The notes under the pieces: generated by a model
Database searches by the model: none
Told to the model about the DNA's origin: nothing
What the model saw: the letters and a program-made list of their open reading frames with translations, nothing else
Translations under genes and position numbers: made by a program
In this document: positions 40,671-54,450 of the stretch, piece by piece
Numbering within the stretch: the stretch's first letter is position 1
Layout: each line of letters opens with the position of its first letter
Origin: Raillietiella orientalis
Lineage: Eukaryota
Direction: 5' to 3'
Length of the DNA stretch: 64,000 nt
Assembly (NCBI GenBank): GCA_036172245.1
Contig: JAYWIR010000011.1
Span: 1,860,001 to 1,924,000 of the forward strand

Positions 40671-43600
40671 ATTATGAGAGCTTAGATATTAATGTTGGTT
40701 TGCGAAAAAAATAAGTGAACAGTAATCTAAAAAGTGTGCATCTTGAAGTATGTGTATTGAGATTCAATTTCCTTAGTAATTTTTTTCGATATATTGCATG
40801 CAATCACGACAAGGTAAAACATTATTCCAGTATGTGGTATGTGCAGTAGAAGCTGTCATTGGAGTGTACGAATGAACACCATGGTTAAGACGAAATTTTG
40901 CTTCATTTCTCCCAGAATATGTAATGGCTTCAATGTGCTTTTAACTGAATAGCCGAAAGGTAATGTGTATAATAAATGCATTTTCGTATTTTAGATTCAC
41001 TCTAATTCAGAAAACAAATTAACTGTAATTCAGTAGTAAGTTGATTTGAGAGTTGCAGTAAACTACTTGACTGTTTGTAGATGCGTCTACTGCAGTGTGT
41101 TAATCCATATTTGGAAACTAAGTAACTATGTATGCAAGTCATGCAAATGTAGGAACCGTTGCTGCCAACAGTACGTTTGCTGAATTATGGAATTCAGTTA
41201 AGGATTCCAGTGGTAAGATTGATTTCTCAGTGTTATGTAAGACTTACGAATGATCCGTTAGGTAATTAGTGAATTATTACTTTGTTTTTTTGCAAAATTA
41301 CATCCCCAGAAACTATTAAAAGCATTTTTCATTTTTTATTATTATTTGGTACTTAATTTTTCTAAATCATTAATATTGTTTTTCCATGATCTTCAAGTTT
41401 TGCATATCATAATAGTTAAGGATATTCATGCAGATCTCTTTGTAGAATGGGGCTTGAATTCTGTTATCATTACTCATTGCATGAATTCGGAAAAATTCGG
41501 ATATCGAAATAACTTAGAAAAATTTGAAATTAAACATCCTGATTGGATGCTTAATTTCAAATTTCATTGGAGTTTTCGAACAATTATTTAGTCTGCAGAT
41601 GTCTTGATGAAAATGTTCAAGTACTCTCCTTTTACCTTTTTTTTAAGGTGGAAAAGGACGAAGTTCAGGTGATTCTACAAAGTCATGTCATATCTCTCAG
41701 ATTGAAGTAAGCAAAAGTTTTTCAGTGCATTTGATTTTTAAAAATTAAAAGCAAAATTGTTGGAAGTAGCAGTCTTAATGTACACTTTATTGTAACCAAA
41801 TCAATCTATGAAAAGGTTTTAAGCTTTATATGATGTTGCATTAGTAATCTAGAATTTCATAAGCTCACTTGCAAGTAGACAGATGTTCAGAACAACGTAT
41901 CAAGCAGTCTCCTATTGTATGCTTTATGATACTTTAAATTTTAGCCTCCATCATTGCTATTTGATGATGTTTCAAGTTTCCCTGGATTTTCTGAATGGTA
42001 TTGATTTGTTTTATTATTATAATTTGTTTGAGACTCAAGGTCCTCTTAAAGCTTTACATTGTATGTTAAATTGTAATGGTAGTCACTTAGTGATTATGAT
42101 AAAGACTTCATTGTTTTCTTCCAAACTGCATCTAGTCCAATCTAATGATAGGAAACATTGTAGATATTCTTGTGAATTAGTTTTTATTTTTCAGTCCATT
42201 GGCATTTTACTTAAGTTACTATATAAATTATTGTCTATGGATTAAATATTTTGTTAGGAATAATTATTTATGTATGATATAAGACCATAAATTGACAGAG
42301 TTACAGTGTTATAAAATAGAAAGCAACAACAAAAAAAGAAAACAATAGCTTTGCCAACAATCTCCAACCAGGATACTGACTATATGTTTCTCAATTTTCT
42401 TTTTCTTTTTCTTAAAGCTATGACAATATATTCATCAAAATGCAGTCTCATGGAGTTCTATGTTATTCTGCATTCAAAATCTTGATCAAAGTTTCAAAAT
42501 TCAAAGATTCAAAATCAAAGTTTTGATTATTTAATTTCTCTTTATACATTATTTTTTGTATTATTTCTAATTTTCAACATGGGTATTTTGCACATGTTAT
42601 GTTCTTTAATAAACTTTTAATACATCAAGGACATTCAAAATAATGCCAATGCAACAATACATAGCTGTCTCCATGTGACTTTAATCCAAAGAGATGCTGT
42701 GGGGTTTTTTGATTTGAAATAAAAATATTTTCAATTATTTGAAGTCTAACACATATCTGATTTTTAGTGCAAGTGAAATTTTATTAACTGAAGAACATTT
42801 GCAGAATATGGGATGTTTTGGTGAAAATGAGTTCAATTCATATGGTATGCATTTTAGTATTCTTAGATAATAATTCTGAACAAATGACTTAGGAAAATCA
42901 AGATTAAGACTTGAAATTTTATTCGCATCCTCAAAAAGCATTCATTTTGACTGCCATTTTTCATTTTATATGTTTGACAGGTTTTCAGTTTAATTCTTTG
43001 TCACACATGCTTTATTTTTGCATTAAATCATTCATGCATTTATTACAATTGATGGTATTTTTGTCTGTTTAGTCGTTTTAAGCATGTTTGACATGTCCAA
43101 ACTTCTGATTGTTCTTGGGAAATTGAATCCTGCTATTAAGTTTTTGCAGTTTTTGAAATTAGTGTTTTTTTTTTTTTTTTAAAGTATCATACAAGTGCAG
43201 TTAAATTACTTAATTATCATGCTGCCATATTTTTTTAAAAAGAATTTTATAGGATCATTGTAAAGCTAGTTGTTTTAAGAATTAAAGTCCTCCAATTCAA
43301 AGTTTGATTTCAGGTTATATTTTCATTTCTTTGTCTAGTGCATATGTCCTTATATAAAAGTTCGAGATGTAAAGCTAGTTTCTTCAACTTCCACATTAGT
43401 ATTAACGTAGTGTCGTATTAATGTATATGGTATTAATACATATATACTGCTGCTAATGTAGAAGAGTTGTAATTACTTTCTAGAAAGTCCTGGTTTTTCT
43501 TTCAGCCTTTGTTTGCAATTGTTTTACATCAGAATATCTGAAAGAGCTTTGAGAATAGTATGGAATTTAGATCTCATATTCCTATATATTGTATTCATGC

Positions 43601-44324
43601 ATGCAATTTTTTTTATCCTCCAGATGTTAAATGCAAATGGCATTGATTTTTGTGGGCTAATATAGGTTTATTTTGGAAGCATGAATCAGGGGATCCAAAC
43701 CACTTTGATAAAAATTTACAGAATGCAAGGTTACGTCTTAAATTATGTTACTAAATCTAGTCAGAAGTAATTAAATTCACTTTAAAATTAAATTTAAATG
43801 AAGAATCCATGTTGTGTAAGATCAGAATGAGAATTAAGACTACCCATGTTAAACATAATGAGTAAGGGTATGGCACATTTTATGGTTTCAGGACTTAAGA
43901 GAAAAGTTTTTGTAATTCAATGCATCATCCTTGTTGTGTTTGTATTTGCATTTGTTAATCGAGGTCTGATATTTCCATTAATGAATTTGAAAGTTATTGC
44001 ATCTACAACTTACAGTCGCAACTAAAGACTAAAGCGTCCAGTTAATATTTGCTCACCTATTAATACAGAGTAAAATCTAGTAATTTTGTTAAAAAAGCTT
44101 TAGAGCCTATGATGTTTTTTTCCGTATTGTTCCCAGAAATTTTGTTGATGTGTATGGTTGTTTGAGAGAAGGAAAACAAAAGAGTATTAGCAGTAATTTT
44201 ACTGTTTTCTTTTGGTATAGAAACTGTCAAGTGCTTTGTATGCTTAGATCATAAAAATATCTTTTGTTTTACAAGACTGCCTAATAAATTCCACGTTCAA
44301 AAATGTATCATTTCTGTAGGAGAA

Positions 44325-47300
44325 ATGGAAGAGTCTTCTAAATTTTGTGAAACATTTCCAAATCAGTTGAGCAAGTTTAGCATGCAAGAAAACATCTCAT
44401 CTGCTACTCCTGCATGGTAAATTTGAATATATTATACTTTTCTTTTATCTTGATACATATATCCATTTCTAGCTCTGGTACTCATATTTCTGAATACTTT
44501 CGACAGAGATCTGGGAAGCTGGTGCATCTAGATAATAATTTAAATAGTATCTCCCAAAAGGTTGGTCAAGGTTGGTCTAGTTTATTGATGAGATTGGCAA
44601 TGACTTTGTAGATGGATTCTGAGGAGCAGCAAATTTCTATGCTTGATACATGTGAGATGAAATATGCTGATAATCCAGGTTAGATGAATTAATCTTTTGG
44701 CAATAAGCATTTTATATAGCTATCTTTAAATGTTTTGTTATTTTTATAAAAACCTACGTCACTGTCTAAAGATGTTTCATACTTAAGGAATTTTTAGGAA
44801 ATCTCTCGGGAAAACATTCTGCAAGTGTTTCAAATATTGATTCTGGAACAACAGTGATTTCTGCAACGTGCATCCAGAGAATTTTGAATGATGTGTCCCC
44901 ACAAGATTCACCTAATACAATTGTTAAATTATTACTAGAAAAAGCCTGTGGGGCATCTGCATCTGATGTTGGTGAAACTGCATCCAAAAAAAACAATGGA
45001 TCTTGCCAGAGTGTACCAGGAGAGATTCCACTGATGTTAAGATCAAAAAAGGTTACCATAGAAAATGATATTCCGAATAGGAAAGAAACAGAATCTATAT
45101 ATTCTTTTTCCAAAGTGGGGATCAAAGAATTTAATAATGATTCATGTGGTCAAATGTCTTGTAAAGATTTCCAAGAAAAAAATGATGCTGAATCTGAAGC
45201 ATCCTTTCAATCAGAAGGTATTTACGATCTTGGATGTTTAATATTTGATTTATTTTCAGCAATTCGAAAATTCATTCCTTATTTTTGTTATTGTAGATTT
45301 GTGTGCTATTTAGAAAAATTTCTATGTATTCAAATCTTTTCAAAATTACTGTAACTTGGGTTTTTGTCCTTACATGCCTTGTTTGTTATTCTGTTAGAAA
45401 AACATCACAAAGATTACAAAGGTTCACCAGATGGTTTAAGATCTTGGGTCGTTCTTCCTGGAGAGTTGACACATATCCCTCCTCCAACTTACCTCTTAAC
45501 ATCTACCCCTGGAATTTCAAAGAGCCTGCCATCTATTGTAAAGAAATCTGTCCATCAAAACGTTGAATCAGAATTCTCTTATCCAGAGTTAATCTCTGAA
45601 GTAGATGATAAAGGATGTAAAATGTTTAAGACACCAAAAAAGTTGAGCATTGACACTGGTATGTATTGTTTTTGCTTGTATCCTACCTTTTTAATATTTT
45701 TCTTTGTAGAGGATAGAGTCACCATGTCTTTAAAACGTATGTTGCCCCCCACTTGTATTGCTCGCCTTTCTGTGAATTCTATTATAACAATTGCGAACTT
45801 ATCATCGCAGTTGCAACGCTGTGATTTGAAATTGCTGTCACTCACACACAATGGGCGCAAATACTTTGATCAGTTTATCTTTTTGGCACAAGTGGAATTG
45901 CCAGCTCCCTTTGAGATTAAGGAAAAAGAACAGAGGGAATCAAATGTGATATTCCTACCTTTATTAGCTGGAAAATTTGAAATGGAAATCCAGCTTTGTT
46001 ATTCAGGACTTACCCCAGATAAAAAGCAAGATGCTTGCATGCAATGTGTCTTGCAGCTGAACACAGTGGTCATTCTACCTGAAGTAAGTTTTTCTATTTG
46101 TGCATTCTGTTTTTGGTTTCTTTTAAAAAATGCCTTCTAAGTTTTGGTCAAGTGCTACTTTCAATGCTGTCACTTATGTTGAATTCTTTTAGAATAGGTA
46201 TTGCTTGTTTCGTATGTGTAAAAGCCTAGCAAGTTCTCACCACATGTCAGTTTATGAATAGCGGATTTTTTTTATTATGAACAACGTGGTTTTAAAGTTA
46301 ATATACAATTGTGATTTTTTAGCAATACATTTCCTCGAAATTAAAAAATGTTCAGGTTTTTAGTCATCTGATTTCCAAAAGTTGTACAAACCTTAAAGGG
46401 AATCGTATATTTTATCATAACAGAAGCATATAATTTTTGTTAACAAAAAAATCTTGACAAATTGAAATGGCATTAGAATAAATGATTGAATATAAAGAAG
46501 CAAACGTGTGAATTGAAACAATAAGTTGCTTATTTAGTCTACAGACAAGAAACAGAATGCTTGACGTGGGGACTGAGTTAAATTGAAATAACTTTCTTAG
46601 TTTGCATTATTACTATCTAATATGTTGTAATGGAAAACATGGGTTGTTGATAAGAATTCATGTGCAGACTTTGTTTTTACTGAATTTGTGGATTATGAAG
46701 AACTGCTAAAGCTAAACTGTAGATAATAATGAATTGCAGTTATCGATTCACACATTTGTTATGTACTGTTTGCTTTCATATTTCATATGATCTTTTGAAC
46801 GGAATCAATTGTTGCTGTTTTCTTTGAATGAGAAGATATAACCTCATTGTGAAACAAAATTGTCCCTGTTATTTTATGCTGGAATTCTGATTGCAATGCA
46901 GTTATTGATTGTTCACAAGTTGCAAGCATATCATATGATTTGCATAGTTTCAGCATGTATTGGATTTACATGTTTAATGTATAAAAGGGTGTGGAATTGA
47001 AGATACAATTTCGCAAAAAATATCGCTTCAATTTGAAAAGTAATAATTAGTGATTAATCATGGCAGCATGGAATTTAGAGAATTCTTGTTGTTTTCAATA
47101 GTTCTTCACATGAATTGGTTTCAGAATTACTATGAAGGACTGACTGACTGTGAACAGTGCTAGTTGTATGTTATGTAACTATGCTATCTGCATACATATC
47201 TCAAACCTTATAAAAACTACTGGATTGTTTAGTGGTGCAGGGCTGAAAGTAGACTTAAATCTTGTAGTGATTATAATGCTGAAAGAGTAGATGCAAAAAT

Positions 47301-49983
47301 TCTTTATCTTCCTGTTTATTCGCCAGAGTTTAATGGAATTGAGCATCAATGGTTTGCTATTAAAAATAGAGTTAGGAAAAATACGTATCATAAATATTTT
47401 AATGCATGCTGTGTAAAATTTTCAAAAGACAATTCTGAAATTTTAGTTTATAGGCAATTGATTTTCCGGAGATAAGTATTTGTTTGTATTTTTCTCTGTA
47501 GATTTTAGTTTTTGACACTGATGGTCAAGGACAAAAATGCCAACAGTATGATTTTGGTTCCTTACCAGTTGGCTGTCGCAAAAGTTGCACATTTGTAGTT
47601 GTGAATGTTACTCCTGTGGATTTATCCATTCGTTGCTCAATAAGAGAGGTAAGTTTATTTGCTGTACTCTGTATTTTTAATATAAAATGTTTTTATAGAA
47701 TTCCAGGACTTTATCTGTGTTTCATTTTTCTTCATGCCCAAATGACTTTCAGCATAGAAGTTCAAAATTAGTAATTGGAAATCTGCGACCTTTATCTCGA
47801 AGTGCAAATATTTCAGTGTTATCGATCTGTTTCGATCTTTCTAATGCTGCTGATACAGCATTAGGTAAAGATTATTGAGGAGTCATTTAGGTACAGTTTT
47901 GTATTGCAGATAATATTCTGAATATAGAAGGATTTCTGGAGTTTGACTTAGATAATGCAGATCCAGGTGTTTTTTCTTTATGGACTGTGAAGATGTCTGG
48001 ATCTGTGGGCTATTGTAAACCTCAAGTTGATAGCTATGAAAAATCAGATATATTAATCAGTGATGGACAGATTGTATCCAAGCTTGTTCCTATACTGAAT
48101 GTGGGTAACCTACCCATGCAACTACATTTGTCATTATCAAAAGAAGCAAAAGCATTTTTGGTTAGCATACTTGTTGTCCAACATTATTAAAGACTCTTGT
48201 AGGTTTCTCCCTCGTCTATATCTATTTTACCAGGAAAAACAGGAAATATGCTCGTCTCTTTTATCCCAGATCAGTATTTTGATGTGAAATCTGGGTAAGT
48301 CAACAATGAAATAAATACATGCTGGGAAAAGTTATTTGTTGCTTTGATAGATCGGTATTAATGTTGATAGAGCCTAAAGGCCTTACTTATGAATATCCTG
48401 TGATGGGAAAATTATCATTAAAACTAAATCGACCATCTGCCCCTATGGTTGCACAAGCCAATTTAATTCATTGGGCTGATAGAGTGACAGATGTTTCAGC
48501 GATTGTGCCTCACTGCCTTCCTGAGATCTGCATTCATTGTGATGTTAATTCTTTGATTTGGACTGGTGTGTCCTCGAATCAAATTCATTCGAAAGGATTA
48601 ACTTTAATTAATCAGTCAAATACCTGTGATATTCCCCTCTGGTTACAATTATCGCATCCAGGTCCCTTCCAGGTCATTTTAATTTTGCTTTACTGTGCAA
48701 ATATAATTCTAACTTTGAATAGCTATTAGAAGACAATGAAATGGTCTCTGAGATCCATGCTGTGATGAAGGCTAGTGAGAAACTAAAGTTCACAGTGTGT
48801 TTTTTACCTGATGATAAATCAGTTTTACATTTTAGCGAGTTACTCATCAAACCAAAAATTGCAGCTTCTAATGGCAAATGGATGAAGTATCATGTAAGCA
48901 GATACAAGTGTCTTTATTAAATTCTTAGATAGATCCCCCTTTTAGGTTATTGTAAGACAAGCAAAATTTGTGTACAGCAGGATACATTGCGAATGAATTG
49001 GGTTGATAGTATTGATAAGTATTTTTCAACTTATCAGCTCAAGAATGAAGGTACAGCAGTTGCTTTTATAAAAGTTTCTGCCTTTTGGGATTCCCAATGG
49101 GAAAACTTAGCAACAAACGATGTTGAAATGCTTTTGAATCCTAGTCAGTTTGTGTTAGCCCCGAAACAAGAGCAAGAAATTCAGATTTATTGTCGCAAGA
49201 TACGACAACCCAAAGCACTTGCAATTTTCTGGGGAGATGAAATTCTCCGAAAATTATTTATAATGTAAGTTTTTATGTAAAATACCATCATTAATTGATT
49301 AAATAGGTATGGGTATCTGAACCATTCTGGCCAGCTGTGTGACACATATAAACACAACGTGCCTCTGAATGTATTTGCAAAAATTCCGTTTAATGGTATT
49401 TTCTTGAATGAGGATCTGGCAACATTACCACAGATTAATTGTAAAAGTGAAGCCCTTTCAAAATTGTTATGCAGCACATTCTTCAAGGAACTCCGATGCC
49501 AATATGTCACAGTTTCCAGGTTTGGTATATCTTGGAAAATATTTGGCAAAACCATGTTTTGGTACAGGTGTAGTAGTAGAAAGCTGCAGGAATGTAAGGA
49601 CTTGATAATGCAGGAAATGCCACATAGAAATTCCTCCTTGTCTTATCTGAAGTTATCAACAGAAACGCTGCTATTCCCTGACACTCCTTGTGGTACCAAA
49701 ACACAACTCAAACTACGTGTGAACAACAAGAGTTCAGGCGATAAAAATGTATGTTGCATAGACATTTAAGGTAGTAACTCTGTATTTTAAGATCAATTGC
49801 TATTTAATGAGTGGAACTTTCAAATTACAAAAACCCAGATATGTGGTTCGTGGTATGTGGTTTCTTTCATTACCTGTTATATTCCACCCTAATTCAAAAG
49901 GCCACCATAGTAGTGCGATGACCATAACTTGTCCTGATGATGATTGTGAACTTTATGTACAAATGAAAGGATTAGCCGTGTGA
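44325..49983 (+). CDS. CEP192: CEP192/SPD-2-like centrosomal protein with C-terminal ASH (PapD-like) domains
   Basis: Phase-checked exons 44325-44416, 44473-44560, 44612-44678, 44798-45217, 45398-45658, 45710-46083 and 47502-47648, then about 8 further short-intron exons (not all phase-checked) to TGA at 49983. ASH-like motifs YDFGSLPVG..CTFVVVN, FQ/YQLKNEG..VAFIKV, IFWGDEILR and LLFPDTPCGTKTQLKLRVNN. Confidence 0.78.
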
Positions 49984-50209
49984 GACGATTTAAAGCAATA
50001 ATATTTTGTAGTATCAGAAGAATTATTTGAATCTAAAATATATGTTCTTGATTCTCTAATAAAAGTAGCTAAGAAAAGGTAGAGAACCCAAAATCATCAA
50101 AAGGATTCTTATGAATTCTAGCAAAGGATCATAACAGTGCCCCATAGAATCATTATAGTTAGCAAATCCACCAGTTATACAGTGCACATTACGTGACACT
50201 ATGTCAAAT

Positions 50210-50700
50210 AAGGGCATATTGGGATTGGTGCACGAACGACCCTTTTTCGTTCCAGTTTCGCTCTGCCCACCACAGCGTTAAAGTGGTGATCCTCTTTCCT
50301 CCGGATTCGCGCTTTTGGAACAATGAGACGTCATCACTGCCAAAGAACTCTGGTGCAAGCGTGGTGCCTGCACTGTGCTCCGAGAGTTCCCCCTCAGAGA
50401 TCTGCTAGTTGACCTTGCAGGCGGACGCAAGGTCGTGCAAACAAGAACACGTTCCCGTGGGCAGTTCCCAGCAGTGAAGCGTGGACGGCGCTGTGTGGGA
50501 AAGCGTGCCCGGTGCCAGCACGACGCGGAAATCCCTGATGAAGCGGTGGACGGGTGGGGGTAGCCATGGACCCCATCCTAGCCAGCGTGCCCGACGGGAA
50601 ACTTGTGGGTTCCTTCCCGAGGGTCATTCCCAGATGCAGGCAAAACGGGGAAGTGGAATCCCAATCCCCTTGTGAGCAGATTCGCACCGAGGTGCATCCC
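50210..50700 (+). mobile_element. Gypsy integrase C-terminal remnant
   Basis: DWCTNDPFSFQFRSAHHS (~DWD..LP.VLFAYRS.VH.ST) and GAVWESVP…KSLMKRWTG (~GD.VW…KL..RW.GPY). Confidence 0.5.
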
Positions 50701-50779
50701 TTCCCCTTGTTGTCAGAGCGGAAGGTTCAGGGCATGCGGGTAGCGCCTGACTTCCGCGACAACAGCGTGGCTGAATGAC

Positions 50780-51030
50780 CGTCAGCTGGTCGATGTTTTT
50801 GCACGGAGTCGCGATGCATTCCTCCACAAGTCTGCTCCCAGCATAGCACTGGTGTTCGCGGGGATGGTGACTGCGATGTTTCTTCGGCGAGAGACCGTTG
50901 ACAAGACGAGTGCTTGTTTCAGTCGCTTCCATGGCTATGTAGACGATGCGGTAGTGGACGAATGGAGAGTGGACATGAAAAGGTGATTGACGTTGGAATG
51001 TGGCAGCCTCTCCGTTTGTTCTTCTTATTG
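50780..51030 (-). mobile_element. Inverted Gypsy RT remnant
   Basis: AATFQR…IVYI and CYAGSRLVEECIATP.KNI (~YLGH..SEEGIATDP.KI). Confidence 0.45.
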
Positions 51031-51649
51031 AAGACCACGTTCTCCCGTTGCTCCTAAATCCCCCCCCCCCGTGCTCTCCCGGCTAGGAAAGCGCCTGTGC
51101 CCTCGCTGAACTGGGAAACGCAGTCTGGACTTGAAGCGTCGCTCGGCATGGGCGCCACCAGGCCCACCGTCGCCGCGCAGGAAGTGACGAAAAAGTTGAG
51201 CTAAGCATGCGGTTTCTCTCGGAGGCCAGGTCTGACTGGAGCTGCTCGAGTTGAGTACGGAGAGGACGCCATCGTCACTTCTTCCCTCCGGCCCGCCGCG
51301 AAACGGTTCGCCATCTTCGGCTGTTCTTCGGCTCCTAGTGTCAGGGCTTTTTTTCTCGGGCTCGCTACTCCCATCTCGGCTGCTTCGCCTAGGGAAACCT
51401 ATACAAGAACTCCGTGTGGGCTCGTGTGCCCTTGCAAGGGCCTGTTTGCTGCGGCGGGCCGATCGGCTTGCGGCACCGACGAGTGCTGTTGATCCCCGCG
51501 CTGCGCGACCGCATTGGCAGGTCGGGCAGCCCTGCTGACCGGCTGCCCGCGCAGCAGAGCGAACTTCGTTAATGGAAGGTCGCTGATGTTCGTCGTGCTC
51601 GCGCGCTCCCCTGCCGCTGCCGGAGGATTTGCTTAGTAAAAGAAAAGAG

Positions 51650-54450
51650 GAGAGCTCTACTCAGTGGGGCCCATTCTCGGAATCGCACGGCAAGGGACGC
51701 TTCTGGGGAGTGGAATCAGGGCGAAACGCAACTGCCAGACGCGTGGTGGGGATGGAGTGGCGCTCGCCACCGATCGTCGAAGAGCGGCTTGTCTTCGTGG
51801 CGAGAGCCAACAAAAAGAGCCCCCGGAAAGCCGTGGATTCGAATACGAGCAATCGGTTGTCCGTTGCCATGTAGAATCCGTCTGTGAGTGCTCCAAAGGG
51901 ACACCTTTGCTCATTCAGCTCGGGATCTGTCCGAGCTCCGAAGGCACGGCTCTGATTCGGAGAAGTTGAAGGGAAGATTGCGGTCTGTGGCGAACTGGCA
52001 ACCGCATGGATGCCCTGGTTCAAGAGAACACCTGGATCTCCTGCCTCCCTGCGTACTGCACTGTCGATGGAGTGGATGCCCGACCCAACGATACTACCGT
52101 TCGCGGGCCGGCAGGAGATCCAGCTGTTGGTCCTGGTCAGAGATGGCCAGCGCCGAAACTCCAGCCGACAGCTGGACACATTGCATCCGTGCCACCGTGC
52201 CAGGAACGAAGACAGTCCCGCGTAGCCGGCGGCTCTCTTGACCAAGTATCGTGCGGACTCGCATCAGTTTGTGGTCCAAAGCTTCGCCACTAGGGCGAGT
52301 ACCTTTCACTAGTGCTGACGCTCCAGGCGCTCCAGCGTCAGATGGCAGAGATTTCCGTAGCCGCGGGAGCGCTTGGAGTGCACCTTTGGTGTTCTCTAGG
52401 GCGAGTCGCCCGCAGAGCGATGCATCCGGAAGTGGTCTTCGAATTCGTCAGTGGACAACGCCGTCGGTCCTCGCGAGAAGGCGTGAGGCCCCTCCGTGCC
52501 TGCTGATTATCAGTTGCCGTAGGTGTGCGGATGCCTTCGAGGACGCCTTTTGCTGGCCCCAGCTTCCCGCTTGCGGCTGTTACGCTGCCCGTGTAAGCGA
52601 CCCTGTCGGCTCCCCGTCACTCCGTCCCTCACCTTGCTCGAACGGAGACCAGCCGACTGTGCTGCATTGCAGGCGTCCTAGCTGCGGGGAGGGACAGGTG
52701 GAGCAGGAGGGAGCCAAGGGAACGAGGCCGCGAATCAGTCCGCGTCGTCTTGCAGCAACGGGAGCGCCTACGTGCTCACGCCCTCTCCTGCTCCAGAGGA
52801 TCCCGGATCCGCTCAAGGAGTGTAGTCCTTTCCCTTGCGGGCGAAGGTGGGCGCCGTCTCGCGGCCCCTCCTTCCTCTGACCCTAGTCGCGGCGCCGTAG
52901 TGCCTTTCGGAGGGGCGCAATTGGCCACGGTGCTCGCTTGTTCACTGCCATGAGCGCGTCCTGGTCGAAGGCTCCCGCGGCGGGTCCCGGGAAGTTCCAA
53001 GCAGGGAGCGGGAGCGAACGCTTCTTCGGCGCAGGGTCGCAGCGTTGTGCTCCACGAGGTCACAGAGAAGTGCGGCACTTCGGATCTGCAACCTCTCATT
53101 TCGGACCACAGCGGTAGCGGGTGAGTGAAGTCGGGCCAGCGAGGAGCTGCCTCTGTCCGGTCATCTGCTAGGCATATCGGGAGCGAAACTTCCCGAGGGA
53201 GCACTTTTGGCGTTCGCCTGAGCGAGTCATCCTCATAGCGACGCAGTCGGAGGTGCTCTTCGGAGATCCACCTGTCGGAGCACGACGGCAGCACTCTTGC
53301 GGCCTTTGCATCTGACTGGGAAGGATGCGTGGAGTTTCCAGATTGCTACGTAGAACCCTCGTTCCATCTGTATCTGGCCTCGCACACCTTCATCGGTGGG
53401 AATTCTATCTTGCGGTCGGGTCGCAGACTTTGAGTCACGCACAGTGTCTGGTAAGGAGAGCACCAGGAGGAGGATTCAGGAAATTCGTCTTGGCGTTTTC
53501 TTTCTCCGTCTCCATTTCCTGCAGGGGGCGAGCGTACGAACCAGTGTACCTTTGGGCTCCCCTTCGCCAGCGCGTTCGTGGCGCATCGGTCAGACCGCTC
53601 CACCTAAGCGGGAGCGGGCGGTGAACTCCGCGCGCTACCTTGGCGTCCCTCCGCGAGGAGGCCTGCAGGAAGAGCGCAGGGGCACCACAAGCGGCTCTGC
53701 CGCTTGCAGACAAACTTTCCGACGAGAGGGGGATTCCCTGGAAGAAACCCCGTGGAACCTACAGAGGATCTCGATGCGAGTTTTTTCAGCTGCATAGAAT
53801 TTTCCAGCATCCCGGCATATTCCGTCTTCTGGGAAAGCAACGGAAGCTCCGTGCTGGCAAGGAGCGCTCCTTGCCTCTTTCCAGGCACGAAACACCCCAT
53901 CTAATTGCTCCGCGCCGATCTCCCGACCCACTGCTTGGCTGCGTAGGGAAACCACCAACCTTCAAGTGAAGAAAATAGGGAGGGATCGGTCGGATTGGTG
54001 AACAGAAAAGCCAACAGGAGGAAATTCGAGGCAGAGAGGGGGTCGGATGGAAAGGAAGGAAGGTGATTCTGCACTTCTTGAAGGCCGAACGCATTTCGTT
54101 TGATGCAAGAGGGGTCGGCCGTGCCATTCCTGGCTTCAACTTTCCAGAGCAAGTGAGAGGAAGACGTGATCGACGGCGAAGGCATGGGCTGTAGACCGCG
54201 GGGGTAGGTGGCTGTTCGTTCCGGTCCTGGTTCCTCATCCGAACCACACTGAACCAGGAGAAGCGAAAAGAGGAGCAGAGGGAAGCTCGCGATTGAAAGA
54301 ACTGTCCCGAGAAGGCAAACTCCTGTATCGTGTCTCCACACCCGAGGCTTCCACCGGACCCCCTTCTGAGAGACCATCGTGCAGCTCGCTCTCGAACGAT
54401 CCCCATCCGTCGTCACGCGCACATTACGGGAGCTCGGAAGCTGGACCGGC
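51650..54450 (+). mobile_element. Decayed BEL/Pao LTR-retrotransposon relic
   Basis: Remnants in order: FAS..EG..FPDC (~FDAS…SLNDCL), VADFE and QEEDS..SW (~ADIEK…EEDRD..RFLW), TSVPLGSPSP (~TRVPFGL..SP), RLLG and PDPLLG (~KVLG, FDPLG), TIVQLAL (~TIPRLEL). The 5' boundary is uncertain. Confidence 0.5.
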
